From assembly GCA_965662235.1 (NCBI GenBank), contig CBFIGY010000001.1, forward strand, positions 224,001 to 288,000: 64,000 bases of DNA, in the 5' to 3' direction. The stretch comes from an uncultured bacterium. GTDB lineage: Bacteria; SAR324; NAC60-12. The notes under the pieces are model-generated. The model was not told where the DNA came from. It searched no databases and was given only the letters and a program-made list of their open reading frames with translations. Positions 10,831 to 17,888 of this stretch are shown here, one piece after another (the stretch's first letter is position 1; each line of letters opens with the position of its first letter). The position numbers and the translations under genes were made by a program.

Positions 10831-12119
10831 AACCACCCTTCATCGGCAAAGCTCACGTAACGTCCTTCCCCAATCACCAGATGATCCAGCAACGGAATGC
10901 CCAGAATCTTGCCAGACTCCACCAAGCGTGCCGTGATCCGATGATCCTCTTGAGAAGGTTCCGGGTCACCGGAAGGATGATTGTGCAGGCAGATGATCGC
11001 TGCAGCGCGACGTTCCAAGGCACCCGCAAAGACCTCCCTGGGATGGACGAGGCTCCGGTTGAGCAGGCCTTGAGTGACCACGCGCTCTTCTAAGTAACGG
11101 TGCTTGTTGTCCAAGATCACAACGATGAATTGCTCCTGTTTCTTGTCTCTCAGCCGCTGCTGAAAGTGGTGAAAGAGGTCCTGACTGCTCCGGAAGGCTG
11201 CTCCGGGTTGCAAAGCAGTGGTGCCATACCGCTGGCACACCTCACGGAGCGCATGCAACCGATCCCTCAGGCGCGGGCTTTCGATCCGAAGCTGCAGGGT
11301 TTCCGCAGCCAGCGCCGAGACCAGAGGTTGCCCAGCCGTCAGGGAAACCAGGGCCTGCTGTTCTTTTTCATCACAATCCTGCAAAATCCACTCCAGCAAC
11401 TCGCTGTTTTTCTGAGGCAGGGCCCCGGATGCCTGAGGGACCTGAGCCCAGCAGCAGTCCGTTTGGAGGGGGCAGCTCTCGCAGAGGGGAACGCGTCCGC
11501 AGGCACCTCCTGCCAGATGCTCCCACGCTCCTCCCAACCACGCTGCCGCACGGTCGACTTCTTCCGGAGTGGCCCAGCCTGCCGTTTGACAGGCAACCAT
11601 CCAGTCGCGTGCGTGTCCCGGATCGTCTGTGCCTTGGGTGTAGCGTTTCCACACCCGGGCCCCTTTCCAGCGATAAGGAAGGCGCACGCCCTGCGCTGCC
11701 AGCCAACCAACGGCTTCCCAGCTGCACGCCTCCGGAAACAAGCCCCACCAGGCTTCCAGCGTTTCACGAGTTCGGAACGACTGCGGCGTCAGCTGCGTCT
11801 TGCGCACCACGCTCAGGAGCTGCCGCATCCACTGCGTCCAAGGTTCCTCCTCCAGCGTTGGGCATTGCCGCAAAGCGATGCGAACCTCCTCTTCCCGGAA
11901 GTAAGCAGGGTCCAGACGCTTGGCAAGCTCGTAAAAAGGAGAGAGTTCCTCATGCGGAGCCTGCGGCGTCCACGGCACTCCATGCAGGGGCAGGCAGGCA
12001 TCCAGAAGGTCCGTCACCCAACGGACGTAGTCCCACCTGGGTGTGCTCACCGGCCCCCACGTCTGGGTCATTCCCTGGGCGACCCAGGCCTCCTTCAGCT
12101 TGGCAAAAAACTCTGAAAT
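10827..12119 (-). CDS. radC: RadC-family JAB/MPN domain protein with an N-terminal degenerate MutY/EndoIII-like domain carrying an Fe-S-type Cys motif
   Basis: C-terminus has QEQF, VHPREVF, HNHPSGDPEPSQED and LLDHLVIG. An internal CGRVPLCESCPLQTDC motif is present. The first ATG is at 12071, but the frame stays open and coding-like back to an ATT at 12119, so the start is uncertain. Confidence 0.8.
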   Translation of the reverse strand: MSEFFAKLKEAWVAQGMTQTWGPVSTPRWDYVRWVTDLLDACLPLHGVPWTPQAPHEELSPFYELAKRLDPAYFREEEVRIALRQCPTLEEEPWTQWMRQLLSVVRKTQLTPQSFRTRETLEAWWGLFPEACSWEAVGWLAAQGVRLPYRWKGARVWKRYTQGTDDPGHARDWMVACQTAGWATPEEVDRAAAWLGGAWEHLAGGACGRVPLCESCPLQTDCCWAQVPQASGALPQKNSELLEWILQDCDEKEQQALVSLTAGQPLVSALAAETLQLRIESPRLRDRLHALREVCQRYGTTALQPGAAFRSSQDLFHHFQQRLRDKKQEQFIVVILDNKHRYLEERVVTQGLLNRSLVHPREVFAGALERRAAAIICLHNHPSGDPEPSQEDHRITARLVESGKILGIPLLDHLVIGEGRYVSFADEGWL

Positions 12120-12164
12120 GGCGCCTCTGCTGCTGTGATTTCCTGCTTTGAACTGAGTATATAT

Positions 12165-14168
12165 TTATTCTGAACGTTCAGAAAAGGCGAGTCGCATCTC
12201 TCCCCAGTGGGTCAACGTCCACTCCTGATCCACGCGCCGAATCAGTGACTGGCGGGCATGCATCTCGTGGAGCAGGTGCTCTAGGGAGACCCGCTCCTGC
12301 ACCTGAATGGGGGCGCCGGAACGGATGTGACGCAGCACCTCCAGTTCGGCACGACCCTGTGGTTTCGAGTCATCCTTGAGGTCCCGCAACAGTGAGCGGA
12401 ACAGCTGTTCCTCAACCTGTTCCAACCGTTCTTGGTGCCGGCGCTGTCCTCGAACGTAGAGCGTTGCTTTGTCCTCCGTTCCGGAATTCCGGATGAAGAG
12501 GAGCGCTTCGATGCCTTGGTTCACCCAAAGCTCAATCGCCAGCATGGTGGGTTCTTCTGGGAGAAAGAGCTCGCGCTGCTCGCCTTCGGGCCAGGTCTCC
12601 CGGAGTGCGGTTTTCATTTCCTCCAACAGCTGCTGCCGCACCGCATGTCCCGGAAGCAACGCCTCACTGTTCACGTAGTAGACTGGGCGGCTGCGCTGGT
12701 GCCCATTTGCGTAAGGCGTCCTCAACGAATCCAGCGTTTCCACCACAGAACCCCACTCCAGAGAAGCGAGCAGGTTGAAACCCGTCTTGAGGCCATTTCC
12801 CACATACACCACTCGCTCTGCTCCGGAGTCATCCTGCAGCCACCCAGGCGTAATCACATGGCCGGACTCTTCGTAGCCTAGCCCAAAATCCGGATACTCC
12901 AATGCATCTTCTGAAAGAGCCGCACGGGCCTGACGCAGTAGAAGCGACAGGTGCAGCGCATCGTGCTTTGATTCCGCTTCCATCGTTCCCATGGCGTCAA
13001 GAAGGGCCTGAACCTCGGGGACTGGCTCGCTCAGCATTTCCGCACGCTGCTCCCACTCGCTCCGGAGGGCCTGCCAGAGGATCCACTTATCGCCAACAGC
13101 ACACTGAGTGGCCGCCCATCCTCGTGCCCGTGCCGTCCGGAGGGCTTCTAGGTCGCTCTCCACAGTGTTCACAAAGCGCTTGCCGGTCATGCGACGCGCC
13201 AGCAGCAACGCACAGGTATCTCCCGTGTTGACCCGAATCCGATCAGCCTCAGGGTCGTAATACATCAGAAAGCAACGGTCGCCATCGCCATCAAACACCA
13301 GTCCCAGAGCCAGCCGCTCCCTGCGCTCGTGTTTGCACAGGCGTCCTTCCTCCAGAAGCACTTCCAGTGCCTGATACCCCTGAAACCGTCCGGACTGAAT
13401 TTCGTCCGGGAGAATTTCCTCAACGCCTTCCAGGTCGGCCACTCCGGAACGTGCATTGATGCCCTCTCGGGCCGCGTTCACCACACGGTGTGGAAGGCCT
13501 TCCAACAGCGAGTCCAAGGTGGGGGCATACGCACCGTTGGCAGCATCTGCCACCAGAAACAGGTCCTGCGGCAGGCGATCAAGCCAGGAGTTCCGGGGAT
13601 CGTGGCAGAATGCCGCAAAGGTTTCACACGCGCCGTCCTCTGCCTCCCGGAGCATCCCTTCAGGCTCCAGCTCCTGCAGCTGAGCCCAGGAGGTTTCTTT
13701 CAGGTAACGGGTGAGGCGCCGGTCGTCTTCCGGGAAGAGCTTGAGGGCATTTTCACCGAGAAACGCCTTGATGCCGTTCTGGTGGGCAGGATTGTGAGAC
13801 GCCGTTAGCATCAGGGCCAGGGCCGCCTGACGCTTCACCAGGTACAGGGCCACCGCCGGAGTGGGCTGAATTCCCACCACCACGGCGTGAAGTCCAGATT
13901 TCCGCACGCCGCGCACTGCAGCCTGATTAAAGGCTCCGGACGCGTCTCGTGTGTCCCACCCAAGGACGACTTCGTCTCCAGGCTGAGCCCATCCGGTTTC
14001 CAGCACCATCTGGCAGGCACTGTAGGCGTACAGCTCAAAAAACGCTTCTGTCAGTACTCCTTGTTGGGCCCACACCGTTAGCGGGTCCTGGCCAGGAAAC
14101 TCAGAAGCGAGGTGAACGGGCCCACGGATGCCGTCGGTCCCTTGAATGCGATCTGGAAGTGAGGTCAT
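12165..14168 (-). CDS. glmM: Alpha-D-phosphohexomutase, probably phosphoglucosamine mutase (unusually long)
   Basis: GTDGIRG, TASHNP (catalytic Ser), FDGDGDRC, VGDK, EESGH and RNSGTE; directly downstream of glmS. Confidence 0.8.
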   Translation of the reverse strand: MTSLPDRIQGTDGIRGPVHLASEFPGQDPLTVWAQQGVLTEAFFELYAYSACQMVLETGWAQPGDEVVLGWDTRDASGAFNQAAVRGVRKSGLHAVVVGIQPTPAVALYLVKRQAALALMLTASHNPAHQNGIKAFLGENALKLFPEDDRRLTRYLKETSWAQLQELEPEGMLREAEDGACETFAAFCHDPRNSWLDRLPQDLFLVADAANGAYAPTLDSLLEGLPHRVVNAAREGINARSGVADLEGVEEILPDEIQSGRFQGYQALEVLLEEGRLCKHERRERLALGLVFDGDGDRCFLMYYDPEADRIRVNTGDTCALLLARRMTGKRFVNTVESDLEALRTARARGWAATQCAVGDKWILWQALRSEWEQRAEMLSEPVPEVQALLDAMGTMEAESKHDALHLSLLLRQARAALSEDALEYPDFGLGYEESGHVITPGWLQDDSGAERVVYVGNGLKTGFNLLASLEWGSVVETLDSLRTPYANGHQRSRPVYYVNSEALLPGHAVRQQLLEEMKTALRETWPEGEQRELFLPEEPTMLAIELWVNQGIEALLFIRNSGTEDKATLYVRGQRRHQERLEQVEEQLFRSLLRDLKDDSKPQGRAELEVLRHIRSGAPIQVQERVSLEHLLHEMHARQSLIRRVDQEWTLTHWGEMRLAFSERSE
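12168..12183. promoter_or_regulatory. Perfect 16-bp palindrome TTCTGAACGTTCAGAA just upstream of a TATACT -10 candidate (12161-12156, minus strand) for the radC-like gene
   Basis: Palindrome seen directly; it lies in the last codons of the glmM-like gene. Operator role inferred. Confidence 0.45.
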
Positions 14169-15985
14169 CCGACTGTGACTGATTTGGCAAGATTTCTTGG
14201 CTTGTCAATGGCGCGCTTCAGCTCAAGTGCCGTGTAGTATGAGAGCAGCTGGGCCATGACCATTTGCAGTAAAGGCGCTGTAAAGGAAGACTCTGAGGGC
14301 AACACCACTGGGTGATGCAGAATGGACTGTGCCTTCTCGTCTTCCTTGAAGCAGAAGCCCACAACGGTTCCGCCACGGGTCCGGATCTCCTCCATAGCGA
14401 TCAGAGTACGATCGTGGAGGCTCTTCTGCTCCGGCGGAGGAATGAAGAACAGCGAGTGCACAGAGGGTTCAATCAACGACAGGGTTCCATGCTTGAGGAA
14501 GCCGGCGGGCATGCCTTCCGCGTGCTGATAGGTGACTTCCTTCATCTTCAGCGCAGACTCCATGGCCACCGGGTAGTAGATTCCGCACCCGAGAAACAGC
14601 CAGTTCTGCACCTGATGCGTCTGGCGCGCCAGGTTCCGGAGGAAGCCCGACTGCTCGTTTAACGCGGCTTCCACGGCTTCTGGAAGCGCCTCCAGAGACG
14701 CGTGATGGGCCTTGGCCTGCTCAGGGGTCAGACGCCCGGTCCGGACCCCCAACTCCAACGCCGTCCGCATCAGCAGAATCACCTGTGCCAGAGCAGCTTT
14801 TGTGGAAACCACACAGATCTCCGGTCCGGACCCCTGCATGACGACGTGGTCTACAAGCATGCTGATGGACGATCCCATCACGTTGACCACGGCACCCGTC
14901 TGTGCGCCCTGACGCTGAGCGTACTGAAGCGCCGTCTTGGTGTCATAGGTTTCTCCCGACTGAGACACCGCAATCACCGCATCCCCGGCCTGGATGGAAG
15001 ACACTTCGGCAAACTCATCTGAGCTGATGGTCGGTAAGTAACGCCCTGCCATCTGTGAGAACAGGTACTGAGCAATCTGCGCCACGTAGTAAGTGGTCCC
15101 CACGCCCATCAGGTACCCCTGCTGAGACGTCTCTAGGATGCGCGCCAGCCCATGAACCGATGCGTCCGGGACCTTCAGGGCTTGCCGAATCGTCTGAGGC
15201 TCATCAAAGATTTCCTTAAGCATGTAGTGAGCAAACCCGCCCTTCTTGGTGGTCTCGGTGTCCCAGTCCACCATCAGGATCGACTTATCCACAGGCTGCT
15301 GATTGGTCAGTTGCTTAACGCGGCAGGTGTCCTTTTTGAGAATGGCGTATTCCCCATCTTCCAGCACCACGGCGCGGCGCGTGTACTCCAAAAAGGCGTT
15401 GATGTCCGAGCCAATGAAGTTTTCATTGATCCCCAAGCCAATGACGAGGGGCGACTCATGCTTAGCGCAAAACAGCGTCTCTGGCTCATGAGGGGTCATG
15501 AGGATGACACCAAACGACCCCTCGACTCGCTGCAGCGCCGTCACAAAAGCCTCTTCCACGCTGCCAGCGGTTTGGTAGCACACCTGAACCAGGTTCACCA
15601 GCACCTCCGTATCCGTCTGAGAGTGAAAGTGAATCCCCTGGGCCTTGAGCTCCTCTCGCAGCTCCTGATAGTTGGAAATGATGCCATTGTGGGCGAGGGC
15701 AAACTCGCCGTTCATAGACCGATGCGGGTGCGCGTTTTCCGGTGTCACTCCACCGTGGGTGGCCCAACGGGTGTGCGCAATGCCCAGGGCTCCTTGCAAC
15801 GCTAGGAGGTCCTCCTTGGCGTTGACCTCATCCACTCCCCCGGTGCTCTTTCTGATGTGCAGGATCCCTTCGTGCAGGGTTCCCATGCCACAGGAATCGT
15901 ACCCTCGGTACTCCTGGCTCCGAATGGATGACAGCAAGCGCTGAGAAATCGGTTCCGCGCTAACAATTCCACTAATGCCACACAT
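14165..15985 (-). CDS. glmS: Glutamine--fructose-6-phosphate aminotransferase (isomerizing)
   Basis: MCGI, YRGYDS, HTRWATHG, NAHPH, SQSGET, LKHG and PRNLAKSVTV. Confidence 0.96.
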   Translation of the reverse strand: MCGISGIVSAEPISQRLLSSIRSQEYRGYDSCGMGTLHEGILHIRKSTGGVDEVNAKEDLLALQGALGIAHTRWATHGGVTPENAHPHRSMNGEFALAHNGIISNYQELREELKAQGIHFHSQTDTEVLVNLVQVCYQTAGSVEEAFVTALQRVEGSFGVILMTPHEPETLFCAKHESPLVIGLGINENFIGSDINAFLEYTRRAVVLEDGEYAILKKDTCRVKQLTNQQPVDKSILMVDWDTETTKKGGFAHYMLKEIFDEPQTIRQALKVPDASVHGLARILETSQQGYLMGVGTTYYVAQIAQYLFSQMAGRYLPTISSDEFAEVSSIQAGDAVIAVSQSGETYDTKTALQYAQRQGAQTGAVVNVMGSSISMLVDHVVMQGSGPEICVVSTKAALAQVILLMRTALELGVRTGRLTPEQAKAHHASLEALPEAVEAALNEQSGFLRNLARQTHQVQNWLFLGCGIYYPVAMESALKMKEVTYQHAEGMPAGFLKHGTLSLIEPSVHSLFFIPPPEQKSLHDRTLIAMEEIRTRGGTVVGFCFKEDEKAQSILHHPVVLPSESSFTAPLLQMVMAQLLSYYTALELKRAIDKPRNLAKSVTVG

Positions 15986-15990
15986 ACACG

Positions 15991-17181
15991 TTACAGGCTG
16001 AGGTTATCAGAATGGACGGTTCCGCTGGGAACCAGGGAACCAGGAGAGATCGTGTGACGGGCTCCGATGATGGAGCCGTCTCCAATGAAGGCACCGGCTT
16101 TTCGTAGCTGTGTGTCAACGGTTCCCTCAGCAAGAGAGCACCGGACGGTGTTTTGGTCCCAGTGGTGGTTGACCGTGGTCACCCCTGACCCCAGCTGCAC
16201 GCCTTCTCCAACCACACTGTCTCCAATGAAGGAAAGACGGCCGAGGTCACTGCTTCCGAAAATGACGCAATTTTTCAGCTCTGAACCGTAGCCCACCAAT
16301 GATTGCGGACCCACTGCGCTGTAGTGCCGGACCAGGGTGTTGTTGCCGATGTAACTGTTTTTCCCAATGAAGCAGGGACCCTTCAGAACACTTCCGGACT
16401 CAATGACCACGTTCTCTTCAATGATGACTGCCCCTTGAATCTGGACGTTCCCCAGCAGCTTGGCGGAAGCATCAATGGACGAGCAGGTCCAAGTGTCCAT
16501 GACCATCTGGTTCGCTTCAAGGATGTGCCAGGGGTAAATGATGTCGATCCACCCTTCTTCCCAGATGGTGGCTTGCACCTTGGTCTCAGCCAACAGCTGC
16601 TGAAGCGACCGGGCCATGTCCTGCTCACAAGCTTCTAGGCACGAAAAGATCTGCGGAGTGAGGACAAAAACCCCGGCCAGCACGTAGTTGGCCATGGTGT
16701 CCTGAGGCTTTTCCACCAAACGCGTGATGCGCATCTCGTGGTCCAGGTACACGTTTCCGAAGTTTTGCGAAGACGGAGGCAACGCCACCGTCGCCACCGA
16801 TGCTCCTGAGCCCGAATACGCCTGAAGGGCTGCCTGGTAGGGATTTCCATGAAACAGCGTGTCTCCGTACACCAGCAGAAAGGACTGATTCTCCAGCCGC
16901 GTCCGGCAGGCTTCCAGAGCATGGCCAATTCCCAACACCGGCTCCTGCACTACGTAATCTAGGTGCAGTCCCCACGCGGAGCCATCGCCGAAGAAACGCC
17001 GGAGCGCGTCCTGCTGATGATTCACCACCAACAGCACCTCTCGGATGCCGGCTTCGCCCAGCGCCTGGAGGGTGTACTCTAGGATGTAGTGGCCTCCCAC
17101 GCGAATCATCGCCTTTGCTCGTGTTTCGGTAAAGGGCTGAAGCCGTGGGCTGTTGTTGGCCGCCAAAATGACTGCTTTCAT
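15991..17181 (-). CDS. Archaeal-type GlmU-like sugar-phosphate nucleotidyltransferase/acetyltransferase with degenerate motifs
   Basis: NTP-transferase N-domain (MKAVILAA, VYGD, EKP, WIDI.YPW.ILEAN) plus hexapeptide repeats and DTQLRKAGAFIGD; upstream of glmS. Confidence 0.8.
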   Translation of the reverse strand: MKAVILAANNSPRLQPFTETRAKAMIRVGGHYILEYTLQALGEAGIREVLLVVNHQQDALRRFFGDGSAWGLHLDYVVQEPVLGIGHALEACRTRLENQSFLLVYGDTLFHGNPYQAALQAYSGSGASVATVALPPSSQNFGNVYLDHEMRITRLVEKPQDTMANYVLAGVFVLTPQIFSCLEACEQDMARSLQQLLAETKVQATIWEEGWIDIIYPWHILEANQMVMDTWTCSSIDASAKLLGNVQIQGAVIIEENVVIESGSVLKGPCFIGKNSYIGNNTLVRHYSAVGPQSLVGYGSELKNCVIFGSSDLGRLSFIGDSVVGEGVQLGSGVTTVNHHWDQNTVRCSLAEGTVDTQLRKAGAFIGDGSIIGARHTISPGSLVPSGTVHSDNLSL

Positions 17182-17184
17182 GGC

Positions 17185-17868
17185 CTATCCTTTCTCTTCT
17201 GAAGTCACTTGATCCCGCATGAACGCCAGCGCTTCCTCCACCGTCCGGTGCGTGGTGTCGACCAAAATCGCATCGTCGGCCTGCCGGAGCGGCGCCACAC
17301 TTCGGTTTCGATCGCGTTCATCCCGTTCCTGCAGGGCCTGCAGCACCGCTTCATACGACGTACTCTCTCCCTTGGCCTGAAGCTGTTCCAAGCGCCGCTG
17401 CGCTCGAACCTCAGGAGCCGCATCCACAAAGAACTTGAAGGGCGCTTCCGGAAAGATCACGGTCCCAATGTCTCGCCCCTCCAGCACGGCACCCGGAACG
17501 CCTTGCTCTTCGGCATGGAACACCACTCGACGCTGTTGATCCTTCATGGCTTCCCGGATTTCCGGGAACTGGCTGATCCGCGAGGCCAGCATCGAGGCTT
17601 CCTCAGTCCGAATCGCATCGGTCACCTCTTCACCGTTGCAGAAGAAGCGGGCGGCCTCCACGTGGATTTGAGTCGAGTTGCCAATGTCCCGGAGCACCTC
17701 AGAGGTTTCTTTCTCATTCCACTGCTGCCACACCAGGCCCAGGCACCGGAACATCGCCCCGGTGTCCACATAGAGGAAGTCAAGCTGGGTCGCCAACTGA
17801 CGGGCCAGCGTGCTCTTTCCCACGCCTGTGGGACCATCAATCGCAACAATACGAAAAGGAGCTTTCAT
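17185..17868 (-). CDS. cmk: Cytidylate kinase
   Basis: AIDGPTGVGKST, VDTGAMFR, EGRDIGTVIFP and RDERDRNRSVAPL. Confidence 0.96.
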   Translation of the reverse strand: MKAPFRIVAIDGPTGVGKSTLARQLATQLDFLYVDTGAMFRCLGLVWQQWNEKETSEVLRDIGNSTQIHVEAARFFCNGEEVTDAIRTEEASMLASRISQFPEIREAMKDQQRRVVFHAEEQGVPGAVLEGRDIGTVIFPEAPFKFFVDAAPEVRAQRRLEQLQAKGESTSYEAVLQALQERDERDRNRSVAPLRQADDAILVDTTHRTVEEALAFMRDQVTSEEKG

Positions 17869-17871
17869 GCG

Positions 17872-17887
17872 CGTTTCACGTGAAACA
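17872..17887. other. parS centromere-like site (CGTTTCACGTGAAACA)
   Basis: 15/16 match to the canonical ParB site TGTTTCACGTGAAACA; lies in the 20-bp gap between the TPR gene and cmk. Confidence 0.85.
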
Positions 17888-17888
17888 G

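Noticed and set aside
15285..15293. Perfect DnaA box TTATCCACA
   Set aside because: It is a single copy inside glmS, with no cluster or AT-rich unwinding element, so it is not oriC.
15986..15990. glmS ribozyme upstream of glmS
   Set aside because: Only 5 bp separate glmS from the upstream gene.
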